A stretch of DNA of 64,000 bases from Felis catus (Eukaryota): the NCBI RefSeq assembly GCF_018350175.1, contig NC_058368.1, forward strand, positions 181,166,001 to 181,230,000. The letters run 5' to 3'. Numbering within the stretch: the first letter of the stretch is position 1; each line of letters opens with the position of its first letter. Positions 1 through 14,086 of this stretch are shown here, in pieces. Position numbers and translations under genes: made by a program. The notes below the pieces were generated by a model. The model worked only from the letters and a program-made list of their open reading frames with translations. It was not told the DNA's origin and ran no database searches.

Positions 1-679
1 CTTGTCTCATGCTTCTCCTTCCAAAGGGCCTTATAAATGATCTTGATTGAAGAGCTATTTCAATACTATTCTTGGCACAATGACAGTCACTGAAAACCTT
101 TCTGAGCTACAGCCTGTTTCACAATAAGCTGACACACCACCTTATTTATTTATCTTCACTTTAAGAAAAGCTAATAGCCAAAATTCTTTTTAAACTTAAA
201 AATGACAAAATCGCCACTCTCTCCAAACTCCTCTGGTTGGGAGAGTCTTAGAAAAATATATTGGGCCTTAAAGATAACAGAAAGAAGGGGGGACAAACCC
301 CAATGAGACCGTAGTGAGTGATAAGGGACTCGGAGTTACAAGTATTAAAAGAGATGAATTGCATTAACCCCTGCCCTACCCCATTATATTCACTGCCCAC
401 TGGAAACAACAACAGAATTACGAAAATCCCACACTCTCTAATGGGATGGTAATAGGATTCAGAGGCCATTAGGGTAAAGGCAATCCATATTTTACATTGT
501 AATAAGCTCAGACTGAAGATGTTGCACCCCTCCTCAGAGATCAACAATTACCAATTTAACATTAACAAATCCACAAGCACTATCAAAACTGCAAAATAAA
601 CCCTAGTTAAGAGCGAAAGGTGTAGTTTTTATAGCTGTCTATATATTTTTGTGAAGGAAAATCATCAACCTAAATTGAA

Positions 680-684
680 ATATA

Positions 685-772
<88 letters not shown>
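680..772. repeat. Compound (TA)n(TG)n microsatellite
   Basis: Seen directly. Confidence 0.97.
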
Positions 773-774
<2 letters not shown>

Positions 775-874
775 TTACTCTGATACTGATTTCTCATTCC
801 AGAATGATTTGGAAATGAGAGATAGTCAGATTATTATGGGGTAGTTACAATTTTTAGAAACAAAACATTTTCTT

Positions 875-1080
875 TTTTTAACATTTATTTATTTTTGAGG
901 CAGAGAGAGAAAGCATGAACAGGGGAGGGTAAGAGGAAGAGGGAGACATAGAATCTGAAACAGGCTCCAGGCTCTGAGCTGTCAGCACAGAGCCTGACGC
1001 AGGGCTCGAACCCACAGACCGCAAGATCATGACCTGAGTCAAAGTCGGACGCTTAACCGACTGAGCCACCCAGGAGCCCC
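875..1080 (-). mobile_element. Can-SINE (SINEC_Fc family)
   Basis: tRNA-like head, (CT) region and A tail on the minus strand. Perfect 15-bp TSD ACAAAACATTTTCTT at 860-874 and 1081-1095. Confidence 0.96.
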
Positions 1081-1445
1081 ACAAAACATTTTCTTATGGC
1101 AAGTGTGTTCTAATTTTCAAAGAATTACCTTTTTCCTAAAAACATTTTCTCATTCAACCAGAAATAACTTATTTTTGGTTTTATTTTTCTACAAAAGATG
1201 TACGAGGGATTTAACAGAACACTCTTTGGAGAAGGAAAAGAAGAGTAAGAAAGGCATGGACATTTTGGCATCATCTTCACGGAAGCAAAAACTGGGATCA
1301 GGAGTGTGTGTAAAGTATTCCAAAAATAGGTATTACAATTGTCTACTCAAGTCATTTAACAGGCATATATTGTCAGGTGCACAGAAAACTATTATTGTTT
1401 GATTCCAATTTGTATTAATTTGTTGTCTAAAGAACTTCAAGGATT

Positions 1446-1702
1446 GGGATGCCTGAGTGGCTCAGTTGCTTAAGTGTCCCACGCTTGATTTAAACTCAAG
1501 TCATGAGCTCATGGTTGTGAGATCAAACCCTACTTCCTGCTCCATGCTGAGCATGGAGTCTGCTTGAAATTTGCTTTCTCTCTTCCCCTCCCTCTGCCCC
1601 TCCCCTGCTCATGCAGCCGTCTGGGGTACATGATCCATCTCCCTCCTTCCCTCACTCACTCACTCCCTCTCTCTCTCTCTCTCTCTCAAAAAAAAAAAAA
1701 AA
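1446..1702 (+). mobile_element. Can-SINE, older subfamily
   Basis: GGGATGCCTGAGTGGCTCAG head, CT tract, poly-A, degenerate TSD AAGAA(C/A)TTC(A/T)AGGAT. Confidence 0.92.
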
Positions 1703-2268
1703 GAAATTCTAGGATCACTGTAAGGTTTCTGATTTTTTTATATAATACAGAAAGACAATGCATTTTTTGGAAAATATTTTGATTGATGAGCTCTTAAATG
1801 TTCTCCAGAGATGAAGAAAATAATTTATTATTAATCTCCCCATGTTCCCCTTTTTAACCTTCCTGACAGAACATAAAAAAATAAAATCTCTAATAAAAGA
1901 TAGCAAATATTACCAAACTATAGAAAAATAGCCAGGTCTCCTTACCCTCACCCTCCCCATGTTACATAAGATATGCTTTAGTTCTTCCTGAAACCTCCAT
2001 TTTTCTTCCTGAATAACAATATTATTATTTAATGCAACTCTAATCATATACATGGAGTGAATCCTATTTCATATATTTTTTAATAAAATACTGCCTCCTT
2101 TAGACACTAATAAAAACAAACAACAGTGAGCACAGGGCTAGATGATAAAAGCAGAAGGTAATTTAAAATAATAATAATGAGAAGATACCATATCTGAATG
2201 CTCTTCCCACCATATTCCTCATACCTCTCACCAAATTCATCACACATTTGTGAATTAAAAGGTTGTAT

Positions 2269-2392
2269 GGGGCACCTGGGTGGTCAGTTACATGCCTGAT
2301 TTTGGCTCAAGTCATGGTCTCACAAACTGTGAGACTGAGACCTGTATCGGGCTCAGTGCAGAATGGGGAGCCTGATTGAGGTTGTTCACTCT
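2269..2392 (+). mobile_element. Can-SINE 5' fragment
   Basis: GGGGCACCTGGGTGG head and body, no tail. Confidence 0.85.
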
Positions 2393-3289
2393 TTACTTCC
2401 AAATTGACTCTTACTCTTAACCATATTTTGGGGTATTATGAAAATAATTTTCTACCTTGAGGGTGTGGCTTAACTTGAACAGCCAAAAAACAACACATAG
2501 AAATGAAATGGGTGCTCTGACAACGACTGCGCACACCAGAAGCTACTCAGTCATCGAAATGTGTCCATAGATGGAGAGTGACGGTATGGGAGTCTGGGAA
2601 ATGTAAACATAGGTCTCTGGGTATTAAAAGGGAGACTGGCACTACTAGGGTGTTTGTTCAATTACAAGGAAACAGGAATAGTTCCAACTTACCAAATCTG
2701 AGAACTCAAAGGCCTTACTGAAACATTTAAGAAGAGTTGGAAAAGACAGCAGAGAAGTATGATTTTGGGGGAAAAGATCCTCACATAAAATGAGATCCTC
2801 ACATAAAATGTCCCCCAGACACACCTAAAAATAAATCAATATATATTTATTCTGTATTATAATTTCTGAATCTCCACTCTATCTGTATTCATAGCACTCA
2901 GAGTCCATGCTCTTTTTAAGTAGTTCTGATAGCCAAGGTTCCACAGAGGGGAGTCACCACTTTTGGGCTTCACTAGAACAAGTCTACCATCTGTTATAAG
3001 TCACATCCCCACAGACTAAGGAGACAAACACAACTAAAAAGTGTACAACCCCATCTAATAAAGAGGATGGCTCTGTTCTAGTACTTATGGACTTGGATCG
3101 ATTTCAAGGAAGGTAAGGAGAGGTAGCGGGCGGGTGACACCTAAGATTACTTTAAACTTGCGCTTGAGTCAGACTTGAGTCCAAGCAAGGATGTTAATCC
3201 TTCTTAGTCTCTTGAAAGATGTGGTATCTTTTTTTTTTTTTTTTTTTACTTTATCCATGCATTATGATTGTTTATGCTTTTAAACATTC

Positions 3290-3700
3290 ACTCAAGAGTT
3301 ACCACTTAAATAAGCTTTGTGCTGCTACATATCTGATATGTAGGCATCATAATACATCAGCGCACAAGCTAGTACAAGGTTCCTGTCCCCACTGAGTCTA
3401 AAGGCTTATGTGGAAATGGGAAAACTGGGAGTTTTATAAATTGTGAACAGTGTTATAATAAAGGAAATACATTGTTAGAGAGTCACAGAGGGAGCTCCTA
3501 ATTTAGATTTAGGGAATAGTAGTCCAAGAAAACTTCTGGGAGGAAGCAGAATTTAAACTGAGACCTAAAAGATGAATAGAAGCCAGCCAGGGGCACGCTG
3601 GAATGTTAAGAGAAGAGGATGAGCATTCGCAAAGACACAGTTATGAAAACTGGAAGAACTGAGAGGGATGAACAGAGAATGTAGGAGTTTGAGAGAGGAG
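3290..3700 (-). mobile_element. L2 LINE relic
   Basis: Typical antisense L2 motifs (CTTCTGGGAGGAAG..TTTAAACTGAGACCTAAAAGATGAATAG). Confidence 0.6.
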
Positions 3701-5075
3701 ATGTCAGGGCACGGAGGCAGGGGAGCTGATGCATGGGAGGCACCCAATTACATTGTAAACTCCTTGAGGACAGGAAATCATTGTCTCTTTCTCATTGAAT
3801 AATGTGGCAGCAAAATAAGTAGACTCTCCATTGGAAGCACTCTATCAATATTTATCAATTATCTCTTGGTGATGACTGAAGCCACTCTAGCCTAACATTC
3901 GTTTAAACACTCCACAAGATCGCTCTCCAAAAATGCTTGGTAGGTTTGTCTGTTTGTTTATTCAGGCAGCACAGGTTTGCTGAGTGTATGTGTATGTATT
4001 TAAAATTGTACTGCCCTCAGCGCCCTCCATCACTTCCTCCTGTCTTATTTCTAACAGCTCCCCTCTAGGCATTTGTGTTCACAACCCTGGATTAGGATTT
4101 AGCATGGAGGAAACCACCCTTAAAATGCAATCCACTAGGGTGTAAATAGACAAATATGGGATTATGTTATTGATAAATTAGCTCCCAGGGTGAGTGCTAT
4201 TAATGTGTGCAAGATGTATTAAGATCAACATCATGCAACCTCAACTTAAATAAATGGTAATCATTTTTTTCTCAAATTCAGAGGATATCTGAAGCCCAAC
4301 TGTGCTGTTTTCTCTCTATTGTCAGAGAGTTCATAGCTACATGCCACTATGTTTTACACTTTTTTGTGCATGACTTTTCTAGAGAAAAACTTGATAAACA
4401 TGCTCAACTGTGCAGCAATTTGCTGAGCGGTCAACATTTTTAGCTTTATATATAAAATAAATCACAAGTTTCTAATATATTTTCCAACATCAGGGACATT
4501 TAGTTCATAAGAACAAACAGAATTGCAACATATAAATCATCAAGTCATTCATTTGTAAGAGTTGGGGAAACTGAATTGACACCTAAAATAGAAATAGGTT
4601 TTGGATGTAATAGTCAAATGTTTGGAAACAATCTACCATTTGGTTCTGGTAACATTAAAATATCTTCAAAAAAGGGTTCGAGAGAATCACCATCTCATAA
4701 TAAACCAGAGTTAAGTAATTATAACTTGAGTTTCTGTCAAGGCTCTTGCCATGTAAATGTTCATTTATCTGAAATTTGCTTAAAACAAATAGATTAGATT
4801 CATTTCAGGAACAAGAATGACATGACTTTTTTGTTAACACTGATTAATGATTTTGGTTCCTAATGTCATTAGTAGACTATTGTCATTTTGCCATTTGAAA
4901 AATGGTCTCTAGAATCTCAAGGTCTCATCTAGATGTGAATGTTTGCCCATTTCCTATATTCTACTGACCTCTAGAGACTATAGGTGTGTGTATATAAATC
5001 ATATACAATACGTGTTTATAAACACATACAACATATACATAATAAATGTTATATAGACTGAGGGAAAGAAGGATC

Positions 5076-5304
5076 TTTTTAAAGATGTTTATTTATTTAT
5101 TTGAGAAAGAGAGAGAGAGAGCGAGAGAGAGAGAGTTGCATGGGAGCTGAGGAAGGGCAGAGAGAGAGGAAGAGAGAGAATCTCAAGCAGGCTGTGCTAT
5201 CAGCACAGAGCCGGATGCAGGGCTCGATCTCAAGAACCAGGAGATTATCACCTGAGCTGAAATTAAGAGTCAGATGCTTAACCGACTGAGTCACCCAGGC
5301 ACCT
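5076..5304 (-). mobile_element. Can-SINE
   Basis: TTTATTTATTTGAGA(GA)n ... CCGACTGAGTCACCCAGGCACC. Confidence 0.94.
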
Positions 5305-6034
5305 TGAGAATAAAAGCCCATTTCATTTTAGAAAAATATGCACATATTATTTACATACATTTTCAAACAAGACCTTTAGGTGTATATGTTTAATAGTAAG
5401 CATGTTGATAGCACTTTCTCTATGTTCTCACTAGTATAGAACTCAAAGAAAAGTGAATTTTAAACAAACTAATCCTATCTTTGTTTTGTGACTTGCCAGC
5501 AGTAGGAAGTAACACAGAATTCAGGCACACCAGCTTGGCTTTCCCATAAAGCCAAATTTACTTTTAGTTGAGACTAGATCACTTCATGCGAGGATACCCT
5601 TCCCCCAAATCATACTTGTATTTCTTTCCCAGTCTTCTTCCTGACCCCATAAAGCGCATCAAATTTAGATGTATCTAGTGAGAGCTTAGATGGCTTTGTA
5701 ACCTTTGAATTTTTTTATCTTTGTTTCCAATTGTTAAATATATTCATAAGTGAAGCATTCAACATTAAAATAATTTCTAATTCAGGACTAGATCATGAAC
5801 TCCTTAAGAGTTATGTCTGGTTCATCTGGCATCCTGCTGCCTAGCACACTGAACATCAGATTACGGGAAATTAATACTGTCACCTGGAGAAAAATACAGT
5901 ATCTTACCAGGCATATGGCCACACTTTATCTTACTAGGAATATACCCATTATCTACCTTTAAATATTAATATAGTAGATAAAGATATTGATATAGATACT
6001 GTTACAGAGATAGAGATAGAAGTATGCATGTATA

Positions 6035-6254
6035 GGGGCACCTGGGTGGCTCAGTAGGTTGAGCATCTGACTTTGGCTTAGGGCATAATCTCATGGTACA
6101 TGGGTTCAAGCCCCACGTCAGGCTTTGTTCAGACAGTGTGAAGCCTGCTTCAAATTCTCTGTCTCCCTCTCTCTCTGCTCCTCTCCAACTCATGCTTGCT
6201 TTCACTCTTTCTCTCTCTCTCTCTCAAAAATAAACATTAAAAATTTTTTTTAAA
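6035..6254 (+). mobile_element. Can-SINE
   Basis: GGGGCACCTGGGTGGCTCAG head, CT tract, AATAAACATTAAAA tail. Confidence 0.94.
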
Positions 6255-9200
6255 AAGTATCCACATATAGACAGGAAACATATGCACGCATGTATGTGCT
6301 TATAAACGTGCACACACATAAAAAGGATGAGGCATCTCCTATATACACAGAACTCATGACTAGATTTGTCAATTATTTTTCTAATAGTCATCAAAGTTTT
6401 CCACTTTCAGTACTGCGTACTATATTACTGTTCAAATTCTATTTATATATGGGTGGAAAACTATTGGTCATTACACTACATCATCAACAACACCTCAGCA
6501 TTTAAAAACACGAAGTAAATTTCTTTCTAATACACTCAATTTTAATCTGGTAACACTATTTTTAGTATTAAGAGAGTTATAACATTTTTTTGCCATTTAG
6601 TATATTTGTGCTAAATATATTAGATAGTATATATTTTATCACTTATATTATAGAATAGATTTAGAAACAGAAGCATCTTACCAAGTTTTATTAGGCATCT
6701 TAAAGAGCAACCAGTTATTTATAGAAATGTTTGTCAAATAAGGGTAGTATAAGAGAAGAATAGATTATTTACTAAGACATTGTTACAAAGTGGCAGATAC
6801 GACTACAAGATTCTGAAAATGTCCAAGCCACAACTGATGTATAAGAAAAGGAGAGGAAATCAAATTCTGATCCTGTAGCAATATCCAGTAGGTGGAATCC
6901 TGTGTCCTGTTCTGCAAACTTGGAAAGTGGCCGGTAATGTCCATACCTATTCCGTGATTACAACCTCTCTGGAAAAGCCAGTCACACTTCCTATACTTTT
7001 ACCATTTGAGCCTAATTCTGGTGTCTAAGAGGCTTTAAAGTCTTTGAAGTCCTCTGGGACTTTGACGACATACGGGGGGTGCAAATCCTAAATATAAATA
7101 GTTCTTCAAGGCAGTGAACTGATGATGGAAATGGGTGAGAACTGGTGTTGGAGATTAACTCAGTGGGGTTTGGGTACCAATAATCTACTTTTGCACTTAA
7201 TACTGGAGTAATATGCTAATCAGAACCCTGATAACCTGCACAAGGTATACTTGCGTGATCCAAGTGGCCTTATAAAATGCCACCTAGGCACAATATCCAA
7301 CTAGTTAATTCAAAATGGTAGGTAGTTGGTCTGGATAGTAAGTGAGGGGAATGACATAAGCCAGAATAATGAAACCAATTACTTCACATCATTCAGGCAG
7401 GTCGATTTACTTTTTTTGCCTCTTAAACATGAGAGTAAAATAAATAGAAAGAGGGGCACCAACATTGAAATTTAGTCAGTGAATAATTGTAAATTTTAGT
7501 GGATTTAAATTTCAGTGAATAGCTTAAAAACCTATCCACTCAGACTTTTTACATAATTAGGTCTTCTGAAAGATAATTCACTGGTTTGGATTTTGCTGCT
7601 CAAATATGCCCTCCATACCATCAGCAGAGGTGCCAATGATTAGAGAAATGATTCATGTCAGGTAGTTAGAGAAAAGACAGGGGAGTCAGAGAAGAAATCT
7701 GGATAATCCCCATGCTGGAAATTCAAACCCTGGATAATCAGGACTGTACTATACATGCAATTATGATTCTGTCCAGTTAAGAGAAATTTGTAATCCATTC
7801 AGTTTCAAGCCTATAAAGTCACATTTCTCAAAAACTTGTATTTTGGCCTCCAATGGCTTAAAAAGTTCTCCTTGCTAGATTGTCTCCAATTACAGAAATC
7901 CTTCCCAAGTACAAGGCTGCAGAACTATATTAAACCTGTAGGATACCATGTAGCTGGCTGTTTTACAGAGCTTTACAGCGCACGCAATCCCGATGCATGA
8001 TGTAATACTACTGAAGCAATTCACTGCAATCTGATAACACTATTTGACCAACTCACAAATGTTGCCACGCATATGAGGTGCAAGGAGGCAATTGTCTTTG
8101 AATAGAAGGTTCAGAATAGTAAGAAAAGCGAAGTACAAATAAATTTACATTAACTTTAAGAATCCCTCCCCAATCCTAACACACACACACAAAGATTTCA
8201 TGGGTAAACAAAAACAGGACTGCTATAGATTCAATAGATTTTTGGTCTACACAGCAATAATGGAGTTACTGCAATAACCACAGATGTATGAGTTGGGAAA
8301 AGGCTTGTCCACAGCTGTCTATCAGAAGAACTGAAGTCAACGGGTGAAAAAAAAGCTCAAACGCAAGGCTCAACTTCGGTACTGCATCAAAATGTGGTTG
8401 ATGCCTAGCAAATAACACTTAATAATAGAGTTGTAAATTTCCATTAGTGAACATAAGGGTGTGTGTATTATAGATTATAAGTGCTGATTTTTCTAGGGTT
8501 TTCAGAACTCTTTGAAAACACACAGAAGCAAAAACAGTCAAATGAGGCCGACTGGGGGAAACAGAAAAACAACAACAAAAAACAAACAGCTACATTCAAG
8601 GTACGAAACAATAATTTCTAAGCCTTTGGGATCTATTTTTTTCCCTTGCATTGTAATGCAGTCAAGTGCATGAGTGATGCCTTTTGTGTTTGATAATGTC
8701 AAGTGTGAATGTCATGGGCAGCCCCCATCTCTGATGGTATTAAAATGGTGGGAAGATAAAAAGCTTAGAGAAGTAAATGGAACAAATTAGATTAAAGTGG
8801 TTGGAGGACAAGGCGAAGCAATCATCTATAGCTTGGTTCCAAGGTGATGTTGGTAACCCTGTTCACCTGAATAGGCTGGTTAAATCAATTTCTGAGGAAA
8901 AGGGTGGCACTCTTCTTACTTAACTGTGCTAATAATTATTTCTGCTCCTTTTCATTATGAAGTTGACTGGATGGAAGAAAACATCTTGTATGTTAACATA
9001 CACACTTTCATTATATAGTTAGGGGAGTCTCCACACCTGAGTTTGTCAGTCAAATACACTATACATCTAAGAGTTTAAGGTAAGTTACTCAGGGTTTATA
9101 GGAAGTGACTGACACACAGACAATTCAGAGAGGTAATTAATTTCAAAAAAAAATGAAGTATATACCTTCTCAGAAAGATGAAAACCCTTCTCAGAGAGAT

Positions 9201-10062
9201 GAAAACCCTTAAAGATCATAAAAATCCATCCTAATCAATGTCAGAAAACAGGAGGTGAACATAACATTAATTGATTATATACAGATAGTATGCAGAGAAT
9301 ATCACACCTTCTAACTTACAGGTCACATCTCTGACAAATAGTGGAGGTTTTTCTTATGAAAACAAATGCATATACACAAAATCCCTGCCTAATGAGGCCA
9401 TGACATCTATAGTACATACGAGAAATTGCAATAATTACAATAAGGAGGCATTTTTCAGAACCACTCTCCCTCCCCTCAACATTGTTTCTCAACCTTACCA
9501 CCTTGGTCTAGGCTAATGCAATAGAGAAGTCACTGCTTTCTGGCCTCTAGACAAAAGGTTCTCACTATTTTTTCAATAATGCTCCTAAAAAGTAAGGCAA
9601 TATCTCACTAGTCACAATAGCTTCCTCAGCCACAATAGGATAGGCATTTTGGCATCTGTGGGGTGGGCAGGGGTGTAGTATGGACCCACTATTCCACTCT
9701 TTCTCCATTCCTTTTTCCAAAGGAATTCCTTTAGAAGCTTTCAGATCCCATCTTTTGAGTGGCTATTAAATACCTTGACCTGCCATTCAGGGCTCTCTAT
9801 CATATTGCCATTACTCATTCTTTTTGGTGTTCTGTCCCACCTGACCCCTCACTTTGCTCATCAGGATTATTTTGTATTTTCACCTTTCACTCCTATTTCA
9901 AAGTCTACCACCCTCAGTATCCCCTCAACCTGCAGTGACCTTTTCTGTTCTGTTCTCTTAAGGAAGGAGTTAGAACTGAGCACACTTTAACTCACTAGGC
10001 AACTCTCCAGGTATGGTTCACATCTTTTGTCTTCCTAAGGTTCTCACTGAAAAGACAGACAT

Positions 10063-10106
<44 letters not shown>
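10063..10106. repeat. (TTG)n microsatellite
   Basis: Seen directly. Confidence 0.97.
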
Positions 10107-10686
10107 AGAGGTACTACTTGGGACATTTAACTCAGGGTGCTTTGGGCATAGTCAGTGCTTGACAACTATAATGAAAACAGAGAACACCAAAAGTGAACAG
10201 CAAACAAACCAGAAAAAGAAAATCTCCCATCGAATTTTAAAGATTTTCTTATTTAAGTACAAAAAATAAAAAAATAAATAAATAAATAACCACTATGGGT
10301 CGAGCACAAAAAAATGTATTTGAATCAAAGCAAAATAACCAAAAAAAAAAAAAAAAAAAAGGACCATTCCTTATTCCTACCCAGTGGACTTACAGTGCTA
10401 ATTATAAAATAGGAGTAGTGGACACCCATGCATTCTAAATATAAACTCTTTTTCTCCCAGAAAAGAGAAATGAATGCATGTTAAATCAAAACATCCTCTG
10501 GAGCATTTCATACCTCAGGAATGAAAACTGACAAAGAAGGGCTTCAATGTAAAAGAAAAATCCACCAGAAAAGAGCTCGGACTGAGGGTAAGAAACACTG
10601 AAGCTTCACCACACAGGTTGTACCCCTGTCCTATCTGAATGTGCTTTTGTAGTCTCCAAGGCTCCTCTTGCCTTGGGGGAAAAGAA

Positions 10687-10698
10687 TGTATATATATA

Positions 10699-10739
<41 letters not shown>

Positions 10740-10792
10740 TTACATATATATATATGTATATATATTTACATATATATACATGTATATATATA

Positions 10793-10833
<41 letters not shown>

Positions 10834-10846
10834 TTACACACATACA
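10687..10846. repeat. Complex (TA)/(TG)/(CA) microsatellite
   Basis: Seen directly; explains the low-complexity YIYI ORFs. Confidence 0.96.
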
Positions 10847-13800
10847 CTTCTCTTTGATCATTGAAATTGGTTAATTGAACATTTCCAAAAATAAATATTC
10901 CCACAGATAGAGGTCACTGGCTGCCTGAAATCGCATCTGTTCCTTCTGGGTACTAGAATCCCAGGCTCCTCTGGGACATCTTTGTCATTTTATCAAAGTG
11001 ATTACCAGCAGAGTAGGGTCCCCTCAGCTTGTAGTGCTGATGTTTGCTCTCTGCATTCCTGTTTTCTCCATCCAGTTTTGTGGCTTTTGCTTTGGAAATC
11101 TGGCACTCAATATCCAATGTTAATTACATTTGCTAGGCTAAGGAAAATCCTATTGGACTAATTTTTCAAAATCATATAATGAAAGAACTTCAGTGACAAA
11201 CCATGTAGGTTTTTGATTGTTTTTTTACGGATAGATATATTAAGCACTTAATATTCAGGGGGAAAACAGTCTCAGAGCAATGAAATTCTATTACTTTAGA
11301 GGTTGCATGCTTTTAATTTCTTAATATTTCATTACATGTTGGCAACTGGTGCATATTTTTATAATGCGTTTGATCATTACTCTTCTCAGAGTATTCTATT
11401 TCAGTTCTTCCTCTGACATCATATTTGCATGTTAAAGGGTTTTAGCATTCAGGGATGAAATGTTCTGAATAGTAATGTGCAGTTAACTTGATTTTTTAAA
11501 AACGGAAAACAGCAAACAGACATTATATATAGGGACTAAAGAGAACAATCTCATAATTTTAAAATCCAACTCAAGTTTTAATAGCTTTCTATAGAACATC
11601 ATAAAAGGTAATGATTCAATATTATTCATTAATTAGCAAATTATGCAAAATGCTATCAGCGGAGTTTGAGGAGAAGGCTCTTTTTCGTTGGCTTTTATAA
11701 GTCTACTGCATTTCTTTTTTTCCTGTAAAAAATGATCTTTTCTTTGCTCTCCAGCAACATCTACTGGAAAAGTCAGAAAAATGCTATTTATATGAATCAG
11801 ATAGTTTGAGTAAGGACAGTTTTGGTTACCATCTGCTTAAAAAGTTCATGCTGAACTACCATCCAATTTACAACTGAATTGTTTCTGCCCACTTTACCTC
11901 TACTGAAAAGGCAGAAGGGCAGTGGTTCACGGGCACAGACAGCCAAGCTACAACTTCAAATTTATCATCTCCTCACCTTGAAGAATTCATTTTCATGAAC
12001 AAAATTAAAACACATAGATGATGCAGACGACATATTTCTCCGGGCCCATCTTCTCAACACTTGCCACTTATTTAGGAAACAATCATCATCATCAGTGACA
12101 GCGTAACACTGAATAGTTGGGTAAAGCGGGAGTCAGAGAAAAGATTTTATGAGAGAAAGCTATGTCGAGACATGGACTGAATTTGAGAGGAACTACTTCA
12201 AGATTCTGCAAAGTTTCTTAAGTTGAAAAAAGAAAAGTACAGGTGATGTGATTTTAAAAACTCACTATGCTACCACCAGCATGACTCCATCAAACATGCT
12301 ACAGCAGTTTCTTTTTCCCCTCGCCACATCTTTCTCTGCTCTTTTCACTATGATGGAAAAATGAAGTTTCCCCACACCTGTAAGAGGGGTCTTCCTTCAG
12401 AACTTCTGTTGACTATCTCTCCGTGATGAAGTCTGATGAGACCCATCGTCTGTTTGGTCTCCACTCCCCAAAATTCAGCAGCTCCTGATGTGTACTCGTA
12501 AAATTGGATTCACGTGCTGCACCCACAAAATGCCATTAGATGGTCTGGCAAACACAAGACACGCCAAAGTAAGGTGCTGAGGAGCAAGACCAGTTTGGAA
12601 ACTCAGGAAGAAAAAAAATCTTATCACAAAATACATACATACAATATCCTCTCATTCATGGTTGCTGGCTTCAACAATGCCACAGTATAGCAGCTCCTTC
12701 TAGGACCAAACCTTGTGTAGGCATTAAAGTCACCTTTCTATATCTCATTCCGGAGAGGCATTTAACAGAATTTCAGACTTTTAATATTCAGATTTTCCCA
12801 TCCCCAAAAAATTATCTAAAAAATTAACTCAAATATTTTAGGTAACATCCTAGGTTAAATACCTGTATATAATTTGGATTTCTATTATCCTTAAATAAAA
12901 ACTCTGGCTAATTAGTTTTTTTCCTCTTGCTTTTTTTTTTTTTTGTTCGCATTCCCAAATCTCAGTTCATAAATGCCAACAATAAATTTTAGTAGCAAAG
13001 GCAATGAACACAAAATCAACGAAGATTGAGGTTAAAAATAAATTATCAAAACCTTAAAACAACAGCAGCAGTAATAAAAATCAGGTACCGGGAGACTACA
13101 GTATATTGCATTTTGTGTTTGTTCAATGTTAAAATAGATGTGAACCTTTTAAGCTTCATCCCAAAGCTCTTTAAAGGAGAAATGCCATCAAATATAATCC
13201 ACAACTCTCATTCACAGCACACAAAAGGGACAGCTTCCTAAAAGCCACCTACAGCGAAAGTCCACATGTATTCTATATTTAGGGTCCTAATGCAAAGTTC
13301 CAACTTGCACCTGATAATTAGCCCCCTTCATTTTGAGCTGCTTACCAAAGGCTTACCAAACAGCACCTCCAGAGTTAACTCCCACTTCAAACTGTCATAA
13401 TTCAGTTATCCTAATTATTTACTGGATCCTTTTCTAAAACATGCCCTAACCTGATGTTTTAACTTCATATTTCATTTGGGACAACACTTAATCTCCATTT
13501 ATAAAACATCAACCTGACACAGGTTAAGGAGATATAGCCTGACAAGATCCAAACGAAACACACCCCAGCAACTAGACTTAAATAAACTCTACCCTTGCTT
13601 AAACCTCCAGTGAAAAATTATTATAACACATCAGAAGTTCAGTTAGAAGAAAAATTTCAAATGCCAGCTCCCTCTCAGGGTTTAAGTCCCGGAGTTCAAA
13701 AACAGGATCAATTGGATTATTATTTTTCCCCGTTAGCTGTTTAGAATTTAACATAATGCAAAGTGCTATTCTGATCAAAATCATCTTTGTCGTCTCTCTC

Positions 13801-14040
13801 CTTAAATAAAACGGAGGAGAAATCATTCAGTATAAATGCATTTACTATACAAATCTATTTTCAATTGAATTTGCTGCATGCTCTAATTCATCAAAATTAA
13901 TACAGGTACTTTCTATGTTAAACAAAAGGAAGCCGACTGAAAAATCAGCTTCTGCTGCAGATGCCTTTCTCAATTACAAAACGGTGAAAACAGAGATTTA
14001 ACTAAGCCACTCGGTCAAACCCTCCGATGGGCGCTCTTAC

Positions 14041-14086
14041 CTGTCTCAGCTGAAGGCTTCCTTCCCTTGTTAGCAGCGTGCAACAT
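14041..14086 (-). CDS. TENM2: Alternative first coding exon (15 codons + 1 nt, MLHAANKGRKPSAET-G) of a short-intracellular-domain teneurin-2 isoform
   Basis: Minus strand reads GAG ATG TTG CAC GCT GCT AAC AAG GGA AGG AAG CCT TCA GCT GAG ACA G|GTAAGA. There is an in-frame upstream TAA at 14125-14123, a purine at -3 and a strong phase-1 donor. The peptide matches my recollection of the TENM2 isoform start MLHAANKGRKPSAEAG-RPIPPTSS, and phase 1 fits splicing to the GRPIPP exon. Gene identity is from memory, not a search. Confidence 0.72.

Noticed and set aside
7695..7752. Possible Tigger-type terminal fragment (GGATAATCAGGACTGTACTATA)
   Set aside because: Too short, and no matching opposite end found, so no family can be assigned.
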